A stretch of DNA of 64,000 nt. It comes from Rhodospirillales bacterium (GTDB lineage Bacteria; Pseudomonadota; Alphaproteobacteria; Bin95). This document shows positions 28,777 to 38,539 of this stretch, piece by piece; position 1 is the stretch's first letter, and each line of letters starts with the position of its first letter. Both the position numbers and the translations under genes were made by a program. Location of the stretch: positions 2,496,894 through 2,560,893 of the forward strand of contig JAYQLI010000035.1 of NCBI GenBank assembly GCA_038143065.1, read 5' to 3'. Below the pieces are notes generated by a model. It searched no databases and was not told where the DNA came from. It saw only the letters and a list, made by a program, of their open reading frames with translations.

Positions 28777-30212
28777 GCCTAACTGATTTGACACTGTTTG
28801 AGGCTGCAAAAGCGGTAGCGAATGGCGAAGTGACTTCATTAGATCTTGTTGAGGCTTCACTGAGTCGGATTGAAATGGTGGACCCTAAGCTGAATGCTTT
28901 CATACGTGTAGAAGCAGATACTGCTCGGTCAGAGGCCGCTGAGATCGATAAAGCTCGTGCTGCTGGCAAAAACCTTGGCCCGCTTGCTGGTGTGCCATTA
29001 GCACATAAAGATATGTATTACCGTGCAGGTGGCCTTACTACGTGTGGGAGTAAAATTCGAAAGAATTTTAGACCAACAGTAACTTCAACTGCTTTAGCTC
29101 GCCTCATGACCGATGGTGCTGTTTACCTTGGTGGTCTGAACATGGCTGAGTTTGCATTTGGTCCGACCGGCCATAATGAGCATTTTGGTGCCTGCCGTAA
29201 CCCTTGGGATCCTTCGAGAATTACTGGGGGCTCTTCATCTGGTTCTGGCTCGGCAACCGCTGCGCGTATGACTTTTGGAGCCCTTGGTTCTGATACTGGT
29301 GGTTCGATCAGGCTGCCTGCAGGCTTGTGTGGTATTGTGGGGATGAAGCCTACGCAGACCCGGGTCAGCAGATTTGGCGTTATGGGCCTATCGTTTTCAT
29401 TAGACAACGTTGGGCCACTAACTAGGACTGTACTGGACAATGCCCTCATGCTTGCGTCGATTGCTGGGCATGATCCAGAGGATCCAACTTCCGCAGCTGT
29501 GCCAGTAGACGATTATGTTGGAGCAGCACAATCGCCCAGCTGTAATGGCATCCGTATCGGAGTGGCACGCGGATATTTTGAAAAAGATGCGGACGCGGCA
29601 GCCTTAACTGCACGCGATGAGGCTTTAGCAGCCTTTAAATCTGCAGGCGCTGTTATTGTGGAGACTGATGCGGGTAATTTAGATGATGTCAAAGCGATAA
29701 ATGCTCTTTCTGCGCTTACTATGGGGCCAGAGGCTGCAACGCTTCATGCACACTGGCTTAAAACCTGCCGCGATGATTACGGCGCTCAAATGCGAGCCCG
29801 GTGTGAACCTGGATTTCAATATAGTGGCGTAGACTATCTCTCGGCCCTTCAACTTCGTCCCAGGATTGTCGAAGAGTTCATTCAGCGTGTTTTCTCTGAC
29901 TGTGATTTTCTGTTGGCTCCAACTTTCAATGTTGAAACACCAACTATTGAGGAAACTGATGTTTTAGATCATCAGGGTTTTGAAGCGATTATTGCACGTA
30001 TATCCCAATGTACTAGACCGTTTAATTATCTCACCCTCCCAAGTCTTGCTTTGCCAACGCCATCCTTTGTGGCGGGTATGCCTGGTTCCATCCAACTTGT
30101 CGGGGCGCCTTTTAGTGAAGCTAGAATTTACCAAGCTGCGGCTGCTTATGAAGTTGAAGCTGGTTATACCAAGCGAGTCCAGATCTATGAGATAGTGTTT
30201 GATGAAGTCTGA
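28773..30212 (+). CDS. Amidase signature family protein (GatA/AtzE-like)
   Basis: GVPLAHKD, GGSSSGS, GSDTGGSIRLPA (Ser-cisSer-Lys triad). Confidence 0.93.
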   Translation: MSLTDLTLFEAAKAVANGEVTSLDLVEASLSRIEMVDPKLNAFIRVEADTARSEAAEIDKARAAGKNLGPLAGVPLAHKDMYYRAGGLTTCGSKIRKNFRPTVTSTALARLMTDGAVYLGGLNMAEFAFGPTGHNEHFGACRNPWDPSRITGGSSSGSGSATAARMTFGALGSDTGGSIRLPAGLCGIVGMKPTQTRVSRFGVMGLSFSLDNVGPLTRTVLDNALMLASIAGHDPEDPTSAAVPVDDYVGAAQSPSCNGIRIGVARGYFEKDADAAALTARDEALAAFKSAGAVIVETDAGNLDDVKAINALSALTMGPEAATLHAHWLKTCRDDYGAQMRARCEPGFQYSGVDYLSALQLRPRIVEEFIQRVFSDCDFLLAPTFNVETPTIEETDVLDHQGFEAIIARISQCTRPFNYLTLPSLALPTPSFVAGMPGSIQLVGAPFSEARIYQAAAAYEVEAGYTKRVQIYEIVFDEV

Positions 30213-30264
30213 AGTCGGACCTTCCTACGTCGTTAGTTGATCGAGTTAATATTCAAAACCAACC

Positions 30265-30304
30265 AAGCCCGCACGAACCGAAATTCGTGTGGGCTTAGTT
30301 TTGT
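30265..30304 (+). terminator. Intrinsic terminator after the amidase
   Basis: AAGCCCGCACGAA-CCGAAA-TTCGTGTGGGCTT followed by AGTTTTGT. Confidence 0.65.
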
Positions 30305-30682
30305 GCTTGGGAGGATAATCTATGAACCAGCCATCAATTTATACGAACTAAAATGGCGAGATCCTTTCAGAAATCTTAAAAAATATTCATCTAAACAAAT
30401 GGCTTGTCTGCATTTCTTAGTTGCGTGGGGTAGTGACCTGAAGTGCTAAAAATCTTTCACCAACTACTGTTTTACTATCGTTAATTCAGTCATGGATGAA
30501 TTTTAATAAGCAATCAGGAATGAATGGATAATCAAAGTTAAAAAAACTCAGTAATTAAACAAATAAAATCATTGTGTTGCAGATTTGCTCAACGATTTTT
30601 TTTCTGGTTTCCTTGACCAAGGTGTCATCATTGCAGGTACGCTACCTACTCCAAAAACCGTAATTACAAAGGAGCCGCTTAA

Positions 30683-31258
30683 ATGGAAATCGTTGTAACA
30701 GGTCATGGTATGGATGTCAGACAAACATTAACCTCTCGCATAGAGTGTGAATTTGTCGAAAAAGTTGGCCGTTATTTTGAAAATGCAATTGAGGGCCAAG
30801 CGACACTCAAGCGACAGCAAAGACACTTTTTTGCTAGTTTACGGGCTCATATTGCTCGTGGCACAACTATAGAAAGTTCAGGTTCAGCCGTTGATGCGCA
30901 CTCAGCCTTTGATGCAGCTTTGGAACGAATGGCTAAGCAACTTCGTCGATATAAGCGGAAACTCGTATCAACTAATCATCATTCTCCATCATCAGTTTTA
31001 TCTCCGGCAATTAATTTTGCTGGCAGTGAACAGGGAAATAGAGAAAAAGAGTCTTTTGAGGCTGGAAATGAGCCGGTAATTGTTGCCGAAACAACTATGG
31101 CTATTCCAGAACTGACGGTTTCAATGGCTGTGAACCGCATCAATATTTCGGGACGGGCAAACCTGTTTTTCCGTAACGCTGCAAACGGTCAACTGAATGC
31201 GGTTTATCGAAGAGAAGATGGCAATATTGGATGGGTCGATCCATCAATGCAGGAATAG
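30683..31258 (+). CDS. hpf: Ribosome hibernation promoting factor (long HPF/RaiA)
   Basis: MEIVVTGHGMDV, DAHSAFDAALERMAKQLRRYKRKL, C-terminal FRNA..G.LN.VYRREDGNIGWVDP. Confidence 0.9.
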   Translation: MEIVVTGHGMDVRQTLTSRIECEFVEKVGRYFENAIEGQATLKRQQRHFFASLRAHIARGTTIESSGSAVDAHSAFDAALERMAKQLRRYKRKLVSTNHHSPSSVLSPAINFAGSEQGNREKESFEAGNEPVIVAETTMAIPELTVSMAVNRINISGRANLFFRNAANGQLNAVYRREDGNIGWVDPSMQE

Positions 31259-31287
31259 TGGGGACTAGAAGTTTTAAAACCTGAAAT

Positions 31288-31324
31288 GCTAAAGCCCACC
31301 TCTTGGCGGGCTTTAGTTATTTTT
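31288..31324. terminator. Intrinsic terminator between hpf and the convergent FecR gene
   Basis: GCTAAAGCCCACC-TCTT-GGCGGGCTTTAGT followed by TATTTTT. Confidence 0.7.
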
Positions 31325-31560
31325 AGAAGTAAAATTCGTAGATATTGATTTGGTTAAAGAGACAATTTTCATATCACGAAGTAACAACATCTAAAACCTT
31401 TATTCCACATCGTTAACCGAATTAAGACTAGAGCTAGATGACGTGCTCATATCTAAAATTTGGATAAATGTTCCTGATTTAGCGATAGATATTGGCCCAA
31501 CAGCGCTTCCTAAAAAGCTAAAATTTTGACAGGTAAATTAATTAAACGGCTAAGAAAAAC

Positions 31561-32250
31561 TCAATAGCCGCCTCCATCTCCTCCGCCACCACCACTGTCA
31601 TTCCCTCCGCCACTATCATTGGACTCAGAGCTGACCCCGAATGTGGTCTCCGCAATTTCTGGCAAACCTCTCGTTGGCATTATGGATATTTGTTTGCCAT
31701 CAGTTTCGGCTGTAGAGCCAGCGCTAACTAAAGATGGTGAACCATTTGTAGGCATTACCTCCACTATTCCATCCAAAACTGAAACTAAAGTACTTCCGCT
31801 TGCATCTATGGACACGATGAAATCTGTCCCACGAACTCCAAGTACGGCAGAAGGTGTGCGAACTGCATAACTTTTGCTTGCCATTTTGCCGGTCACAAAG
31901 CGCATCAGACCGGTTGCAATATTTAGTGATAAATCGCCTGTGCTAGATTTTGAATTAAACGCAAAATTGTCAATTTTAACTTTGCCAAGAGATCCCACAA
32001 TTAGTCGAGTGTTGTCTTTAAACCTTACGTCGATGCGACCGTCCTCAACGCTTTCGATTTCCATGTTTAAGATTACATCGTCGCGTGCGAACAGCGGTTG
32101 GCGTTTTTCGCCTACTAGTGTCCCATAGCCATAGATTTCAACGAGCCTGACAGTGCCAACTTTTTCCGCATGTGCGGGTATCGAAACCAAGAAAAAAGCA
32201 ACAATATGCGTCAGAATTAAAGCTAATCTCATCAAGGCCTCCTTTAGCAT
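31561..32250 (-). CDS. Secreted FecR-domain protein with Gly/Ser/Asp-rich tail
   Basis: Signal peptide (AHA-E), F.DNT.L, G.MRFVTG, VRTPSAVLGVRGTDF, V.DGIVEV. Confidence 0.8.
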   Translation of the reverse strand: MLKEALMRLALILTHIVAFFLVSIPAHAEKVGTVRLVEIYGYGTLVGEKRQPLFARDDVILNMEIESVEDGRIDVRFKDNTRLIVGSLGKVKIDNFAFNSKSSTGDLSLNIATGLMRFVTGKMASKSYAVRTPSAVLGVRGTDFIVSIDASGSTLVSVLDGIVEVMPTNGSPSLVSAGSTAETDGKQISIMPTRGLPEIAETTFGVSSESNDSGGGNDSGGGGGDGGGY

Positions 32251-32286
32251 AAAACATCAACAAATTGATGATTAAAGTCTCCGTGT

Positions 32287-33309
32287 TTAGGTGTGTTTCT
32301 GCCTGTTGAAATAGTTTTTGTTTAAAAATTCAATCTGCATGTCTTCGTAGATCACATCAGGATGCTTTGCAGGGTGTAAAGCATCCACGCAGCTAGCTAA
32401 TGGTGCAATTTTCGCAGTTAAATTTGGAGCGAGGAAGAATGGAATAGAATATCGATCCACGCCAGAGTCATTAAAAACACGATGCGCTGTTGAGAGAAAT
32501 CTATCGTTAGTCCATCGCCTCAGAGTATCCCCCGAATTCACAAGAAAAGTCCCTGGAATAATCGGTGCGGGAAGCCACTCCCCCTTAGTGGTACAGATCT
32601 GCAATCCTGGAACGTTTGCCTGCGCAAGAAACGTAGAAAAATTCCTATCTGTATGAGGTGCGGTGCCAAATATGTTCTCTGCATAATCGCTTTTTGAAGC
32701 AGTTGGATAGTGGATCATCCTGACTATCGTTTCGCTTTCCTTGAAGTAAGGTTCAAAGTAGTTGGGCTCCATACCAAAGGCGACAGCATAAGCAGGTAGC
32801 AGCCGAAGACTGAACGACTCCATGGTGGTCATATATTTTTGCACTGTGGATTTGAATCCAGGAAGATTTTCTGGCCACTGATTTGGGTCACGAAGATCTT
32901 TGCCAGCTTTAACATCTGGATCTTCGGGGTCCCTCTCGCGGCGCGCAAAAAATGACTCATTTTCATTAGGTTTTGGATTTTTGTTGAGAATGGAATGTCG
33001 CTGGGCGTGCCCCTTCAATGGCATATATCCGTTGTTAGAACGATTAAGGTGGATCTTCATTTTTCTTTCGAGGGGAAGCGCATGGAAGCGTTCCGTTTCC
33101 TCGAACATTCGCTCAATTAAATCAGAGGGAATGGGGTGCTCTGTAATATAAAAGAAACCAATGTTGGTCAGCGCGCTTCTAATGCCTTTAGCTAAGGCTT
33201 CTAAGGCGCCTGTCTCGCCTGCGAGGTATGCGGATATGTCGAGAATTGGTATCCCATCTCGTGTTTGGTCTACCATAGCCTCACTTGGTTGTTGCTTTTG
33301 AGCGCCCAT
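32287..33309 (-). CDS. Isopenicillin N synthase-family Fe(II)/2OG oxygenase
   Basis: IPILDIS, IGFFYI, NQWP, PHTD, GLQI, WTNDRFLSTAHRV, RYSIPFF. Confidence 0.93.
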   Translation of the reverse strand: MGAQKQQPSEAMVDQTRDGIPILDISAYLAGETGALEALAKGIRSALTNIGFFYITEHPIPSDLIERMFEETERFHALPLERKMKIHLNRSNNGYMPLKGHAQRHSILNKNPKPNENESFFARRERDPEDPDVKAGKDLRDPNQWPENLPGFKSTVQKYMTTMESFSLRLLPAYAVAFGMEPNYFEPYFKESETIVRMIHYPTASKSDYAENIFGTAPHTDRNFSTFLAQANVPGLQICTTKGEWLPAPIIPGTFLVNSGDTLRRWTNDRFLSTAHRVFNDSGVDRYSIPFFLAPNLTAKIAPLASCVDALHPAKHPDVIYEDMQIEFLNKNYFNRQKHT

Positions 33310-33594
33310 GCCCCCGTCCTCACTGATACTAGTCTTATGACCCGTTTAAAGTTGTATCGAGAAAATAACTTTCTCGAATGGAAAGCATAATGACTCAAAA
33401 AGCTCCGAATTTTTAGGAAAATGGAAGCAGGAGAAATTTCGGAAGATTTTAAGTGTTCGGCTATATTCCATGTGATGTGATAAGGCTTTGTGAAAACCTC
33501 TTTTATGAGAAGCCGGTTTGGCGGTATTCATGCGCCTCTTCAAGAAATTGTTTTTTGCACAAGTCGACTTTAACCATTTAGTACGGATTACATC

Positions 33595-34881
33595 TTGAAT
33601 TCCGCAAACGCAGAACATCAGTCCGAAGTTCCCCAGGGGTATAAAGACCCTTCTTTTCGACAAGGGTTTTCTAGCGTTTTGGGTGGCAGGCACCTAATCG
33701 GAGTAATTAGGTGGCTACAGCTTTTAGCGTTGAGCGTTTACACTCTAGAGATTACAGCGTCGCCTTTCTTAGTATCCATGGTGCCGCTCTTGTTCATGGC
33801 TCCAATGGCTTTAACTGGTCCGCTATGGGGCGTAGTTGCCGATAGAACAGACCGGAAGCATCTATTTATTGGAACAACAGCGCTCGTTTGCTCCGTATCA
33901 TTAATCATGGCGTATGTGGCGCATGTGGGCGAATTAGTATTTGGCCATATCGCCATAGCATCTCTTCTGGCTGGGGTTTTCTGGGCCACCGATATGCCGA
34001 TACGACGTCGGCTGATAGGAGATTTATCTGGAAATGCACTAGCGCCAGCGATGAGCCTGGATGCTGCAACTGGCAATGCTACTCGAATGCTCGGCCCGCT
34101 TCTCGGTGGACTGACGTTGCAGTTAATGGGAATAGCAGGTGTCTTCGTGTTTAGCTTTGTCTGTTATACCGTAGTTTTGCTGCTAGTAGCATCAGTGCAG
34201 TTACCTCAAATTAAAGCCTTATCCAAATCTACTACGTCTCTGTTTAATGATCTCGGAGGCGGCGTTCGACTAGTAGCTAGTGATATATGGCTCAAGCTAG
34301 TGCTATCGGTAACCATAGTTTTTAATATTTTTGGTTTTGCCTTTACGTCCATGATTCCTGTTTTGGGTGCGCGGCAACTAAAACTTGACCCTTTCTGGGT
34401 TGGGGTGTTGTCGAGTTTGGAGGGGCTTGGTGCTTTTGTTGGAGCGATTATGGTTGCGGTGATAGCGCGACCTGAAATTCACTTTAAAATCTACTTTCGT
34501 GGCGTTGGAGTGTATTTGGCCCTTGTGGGTCTTCTGGCTGGACTAGCAATTAATATCTCCAACATCAGTCTTCCGTTTATTGCGTGCGGGGCAGTTTTAG
34601 TTGGGATTGGTATTGCTGGAGCCTGTTTCTCAGCAATGCAAAGCACTCTCTCTTATTTAGCAGCACCTCCGGCTTTCAGAAGCCGTGTTCTTGGTGTGCT
34701 TACTTTATGTATAGGCACTGCCCCAATCGGCTTTTTTTGTATTGGGTGGGTTGCCGAGGAATTCAGCGCGCCAGTAGCACTGTTCATGACATCTCTTATA
34801 GGTCTTGCTGCACTTGGATTTGTTCGTTTCCGTTACCGATTAGCGGGGTCCGTGCCACCATCATCCAAGGATAAAAGTTAG
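33595..34881 (+). CDS. MFS transporter
   Basis: GVVADRTDRK motif A, DMPIRR, ~12 TM, FRSRVLG. Confidence 0.88.
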   Translation: MNSANAEHQSEVPQGYKDPSFRQGFSSVLGGRHLIGVIRWLQLLALSVYTLEITASPFLVSMVPLLFMAPMALTGPLWGVVADRTDRKHLFIGTTALVCSVSLIMAYVAHVGELVFGHIAIASLLAGVFWATDMPIRRRLIGDLSGNALAPAMSLDAATGNATRMLGPLLGGLTLQLMGIAGVFVFSFVCYTVVLLLVASVQLPQIKALSKSTTSLFNDLGGGVRLVASDIWLKLVLSVTIVFNIFGFAFTSMIPVLGARQLKLDPFWVGVLSSLEGLGAFVGAIMVAVIARPEIHFKIYFRGVGVYLALVGLLAGLAINISNISLPFIACGAVLVGIGIAGACFSAMQSTLSYLAAPPAFRSRVLGVLTLCIGTAPIGFFCIGWVAEEFSAPVALFMTSLIGLAALGFVRFRYRLAGSVPPSSKDKS

Positions 34882-34960
34882 CTCAAAGCTGCTAAAAGGA
34901 TTGCTATGCTGTTTCGTTTGGCTACGCTTTGTTCAAGTCGAGGGAGGCACTTAGATCAAG

Positions 34961-36562
34961 ATGGAAACAATAGAAGAAGTCTTTGATTACATCATTATTG
35001 GGGCAGGTTCAGCAGGGGCTGTGCTTGCCAACCGGCTTAGTGCAGATGGAAGGACAAGAGTTTTACTGCTTGAAGCAGGAAAGCCAAACAATATCTGGAC
35101 GCGCATTCCAATCGGTTTTGGCAGATTAATCGAAAACCCAGCTGCAAATTGGTGCTACAGCGCCGAACCAGAGGAGAATACTAACGGACGCCGCATGCCT
35201 GTTCCTCGTGGTAAACTCTTGGGAGGTTCAAGTGCAATAAATGGCATGATTTTTGTCAGAGGCCAGCCGCTAGATTATGACACCTGGGCTCAACTTGGAA
35301 ACCGAGGCTGGAGCTATCGTGAGGTGCTTCCGTTCTTCCAAAAGATGGAACATTTTGATGGAGGTGAGGAAGAGTATCGCGGTCGCTCAGGACCTCTGAA
35401 GGTTACGGAGATACCTGAGGTCGAGCCTCTTTATCAGGCAATCTTAGACGCTAGCCAGCAAGCCGGCTTACCTTTTAATTCAGATTATAATGGAGCCAGT
35501 CAAGAAGGAGTCTCAATAAGTCAGACAACAATATCTAGGGGGCGCCGTCAAAGCACGGCCCATTGTTACCTTGAACCGGCCAAAACTCGAAGCAACCTTA
35601 TAATTATATCTGAAGCGTTAGCCGATCGTTTGCTTTTTGAGGGCAGTCGATGCGTTGGTGTTTCTTATTCCAGAAGGGGAACTGTTCATAAAGCGCGAGC
35701 CGGCCGAGAGGTGATAGTATCTGCAGGCTCGGTTAAATCTCCACAATTGCTAGAACTCTCGGGTATTGGTCAATCTTCCCGTCTGCGAAATCTTGGAATC
35801 GATGTAGTACATGACTTGGCAGGTGTAGGAGAAAATTTGCGAGATCATTACGCTCCCCGGATGCGTTGGCGAATTGGGGCTCGAGGCTTCACTTATAATG
35901 ATAAAGCTCGCGGTCTCGGCATTGTTCGAGAAGCTTTCAAATTTTTCTTTAAACGCACAGGCTTATTAGGCCTGCCAGCAGCACCTGTACGAGTATTTTT
36001 CAGAACCAGAGAAGGCTTAGAGTCACCAGATGCTTGCATCGGTTGGTTTCCGCTTCTAGTGGCGCCAGGCTATAGGATTGACGAAGAGTCTGGCATTACG
36101 ACTTTTACGCATCCTCTTCGGTCTGAAAGTACAGGTAGTATTCATATCGGAAGTGATGATCCATCTGTTCAGCCGGAAATTAATTTCAATTTTCTTTCAT
36201 CGCCGCCAGATGCTGAAATTACTTTGCATGGAATCCGGATGACTAGAGAAATAATGGGTATGCCCGCTATGCAGCATCTTCAGGTTGAAGAGATATTTCC
36301 CAATCTAGGTTTACAAGATGATGATGAACTTATGGCTTGGGTTAAGCAAACGGCCGAAACGACTTATCACCCAGTCGGTACTTGTAAGATGGGTTCTGAC
36401 CCTTTGGCGGTGGTCGACGAGCGCCTGCGAGTGCATGGCTTGACCGGTTTAAGGGTGGCAGATGCATCGATCATGCCTACTTTGTCTTCTGGGAATACTA
36501 ATGCGCCTTCAATTATGATTGGTGAGAAAGCTTCTGAAATGATCTTAGCTGACGCAGCCTGA
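34961..36562 (+). CDS. GMC oxidoreductase (choline dehydrogenase-like)
   Basis: GAGSAG, PRGKLLGGSSAING, GVGENLRDH, YHPVGTCKMG, GNTNAP. Confidence 0.94.
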   Translation: METIEEVFDYIIIGAGSAGAVLANRLSADGRTRVLLLEAGKPNNIWTRIPIGFGRLIENPAANWCYSAEPEENTNGRRMPVPRGKLLGGSSAINGMIFVRGQPLDYDTWAQLGNRGWSYREVLPFFQKMEHFDGGEEEYRGRSGPLKVTEIPEVEPLYQAILDASQQAGLPFNSDYNGASQEGVSISQTTISRGRRQSTAHCYLEPAKTRSNLIIISEALADRLLFEGSRCVGVSYSRRGTVHKARAGREVIVSAGSVKSPQLLELSGIGQSSRLRNLGIDVVHDLAGVGENLRDHYAPRMRWRIGARGFTYNDKARGLGIVREAFKFFFKRTGLLGLPAAPVRVFFRTREGLESPDACIGWFPLLVAPGYRIDEESGITTFTHPLRSESTGSIHIGSDDPSVQPEINFNFLSSPPDAEITLHGIRMTREIMGMPAMQHLQVEEIFPNLGLQDDDELMAWVKQTAETTYHPVGTCKMGSDPLAVVDERLRVHGLTGLRVADASIMPTLSSGNTNAPSIMIGEKASEMILADAA

Positions 36563-36609
36563 TTTGACGTCTGAAATTAAGATGAGTTTTTTAAGTGGAG
36601 GGCTAGGAT

Positions 36610-37440
36610 ATGTCTATGAAAATTAAGCCAATTAGCGATGCATTAGGTGCAGAGGTTTTTGGCATTGATTTCAGAAATCCTGTTTTAGATAGTGAACTTC
36701 AAACGCTTAAATCAGAGTTGGCAGAGCACCTGGTCTTGGTCGTGAGGAAACAAAATCTAACCCCAGATCAACTCGTTGCTTCTGTGCGAATGTTTGGCGA
36801 AATCATGCCTCAGCACCTAACTGAAATGCTAATGCCTGAGCATCCGGAGGTCGCAGTTCTAGATAGTAGGAATGTTCAGCCTGGACCAGATGGAAGATCC
36901 ATGCCAGTTGGTTCTAGAGCTTGGCATACCGATCATACTAACCATGCCATGCCACCAAAGTTTACGGTGTTATATGCCGTCAATCTTCCAGAAACTGGCG
37001 GTGATACCAGTTTCGCAAATATGCAAAGAGCTTATGATCTTTTGTCAGAGGACGAGCGCAAAGAGTTAGTAAATCTGCGCACTTTGAACAAAATTGAAGA
37101 TCATTCGTATGTTAGTGATGAAGACCGAAGCCGATTTGGTGAAAGACAAAGTCATCCGCTGATCCGCACTCATCCCGATACGGGAAGGCAAGGTATCTAT
37201 TTACACCCCGGAAAGACAGAATCTATCGAAGGCATGACGCCTGAAGCTAGCCGTATTTTTGTAGATCAGTTGCTCGACAAAACTATAGTTTCGGAAGTCA
37301 TCTACCGGCACCGTTGGCTTCCTGGAGATTTAATAATCTGGGACAATCGTGGGGTTTCTCATCGGGCGCATGCTGATTACGATTTGAAAATTGGACGTGT
37401 GATGCATCGTGTTTTGGTGAGGGGAGAGGTGCCGTTTTAG
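36610..37440 (+). CDS. TauD/TfdA family dioxygenase
   Basis: LGAEV, WHTD, GGDTSFANM, HPLIRTHP, WDNR...HRA, HR. Confidence 0.93.
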   Translation: MSMKIKPISDALGAEVFGIDFRNPVLDSELQTLKSELAEHLVLVVRKQNLTPDQLVASVRMFGEIMPQHLTEMLMPEHPEVAVLDSRNVQPGPDGRSMPVGSRAWHTDHTNHAMPPKFTVLYAVNLPETGGDTSFANMQRAYDLLSEDERKELVNLRTLNKIEDHSYVSDEDRSRFGERQSHPLIRTHPDTGRQGIYLHPGKTESIEGMTPEASRIFVDQLLDKTIVSEVIYRHRWLPGDLIIWDNRGVSHRAHADYDLKIGRVMHRVLVRGEVPF

Positions 37441-37556
37441 GCGTTTCTTTCTCATCCGGTATTTTTTAATAAATCTTAGTTTTTCATTGTTACTAAAAGC
37501 TCATCATGGCAGCATGATTTGACTTTACATCTGCTTATTTAAAGGAAGCTATTGGC

Positions 37557-38438
37557 ATGGTTGCGCCCCCAGTAGGCCAAATACCTGGCATTTATCATCG
37601 ACAGGTTGGAGACATAACTGTAACGGTCGTTTCCGATGGATACTTAATGGGAACGTTGGACGTTCTGCATAATATTGCTGAAGAAGATGCTCAACGAATG
37701 ATTGTTGATGCCTTTGGTCCTGCAAAAGGTCGTAAGACTTCAGTGAATACCTTTTTGATCCATTCCCACGGTAAGCTTGCTTTAGTTGACACTGGGTGTG
37801 GCACCTATATGGCAGACACAGGTGGCTGGATGATGCAAAATCTTCAGGCGGCTGGCATTAAGCCAACGGATATAGATACTATTCTACTCACTCACATGCA
37901 TCCTGATCATTCGGCTGGTCTGAGCGACAGAAATAGCTGGACACCGTTTTTCCCAAATGCCGAGCTTGTATTTCATGAGAACGAGCTGAAGCATTGGGAA
38001 GATGACGCAGCTATGGCCCGGGGTACGGACCGCGAAAAACAACTTTTTTTTCAGGCCACTCGAGAGCAGGTCGCACCTTATAAAAAACAAATGCGAATGT
38101 TTGCCGATGGTGACGAAGTGTTCCCTGGTGTGATCGCAATTGCTGCTCATGGACATACGCCAGGCCATAGCATGTTCAATGTTCAATCAGGTAATGAGCA
38201 GCTTTTGATTTGGGGTGACATTATGCATGTCCCTGATATCCAGGCCCCGATGCCCCATGTCACTATGGCTATGGATAGTGACCCGGCTCAGGCAGGAGCT
38301 ACCCGCCAGCGTGTATGTGATATGGTGGCAAGTGACAGGCTATTAGTTGCTGGCATGCACCTTCACTTTCCTGCCTGCAGTTATGTTGTGCGCGAGGGTA
38401 GTGGCTTCAAAGTCATCCCTGAGCGCTGGCAGCTATAG
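37557..38438 (+). CDS. MBL-fold metallo-hydrolase (methyl-parathion-hydrolase-like group)
   Basis: VSDG, VNTFLI, VDTG, THMHPDH, GHTPGH, WGDIMH, GMHLHFP. Confidence 0.92.
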   Translation: MVAPPVGQIPGIYHRQVGDITVTVVSDGYLMGTLDVLHNIAEEDAQRMIVDAFGPAKGRKTSVNTFLIHSHGKLALVDTGCGTYMADTGGWMMQNLQAAGIKPTDIDTILLTHMHPDHSAGLSDRNSWTPFFPNAELVFHENELKHWEDDAAMARGTDREKQLFFQATREQVAPYKKQMRMFADGDEVFPGVIAIAAHGHTPGHSMFNVQSGNEQLLIWGDIMHVPDIQAPMPHVTMAMDSDPAQAGATRQRVCDMVASDRLLVAGMHLHFPACSYVVREGSGFKVIPERWQL

Positions 38439-38506
38439 CTCTCTTTATTAGTTTGAAGGCAATCTATCACTATATGACGTCAGTTTAAATTCTGTAGACC
38501 ACAGTT

Positions 38507-38534
38507 GGGCGGCGACTTTGATCCGTCGCTGCTC
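38507..38534. terminator. Hairpin between convergent MBL and BVMO genes
   Basis: GGGCGGCGAC-TTTGATCC-GTCGCTGCTC; no clear U-tract. Confidence 0.35.
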
Positions 38535-38539
38535 CGTCT

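Noticed and set aside
28773-30212. gatCA of the Glu-tRNA amidotransferase
   Set aside because: Upstream ORF does not resemble GatC, there is no gatB, and I could not see GatA-specific C-terminal motifs
32287-38438. Beta-lactam biosynthesis/resistance cluster (IPNS plus metallo-beta-lactamase)
   Set aside because: No ACV synthetase or NRPS; the MBLs lack signal peptides and resemble lactonase or organophosphate-hydrolase groups
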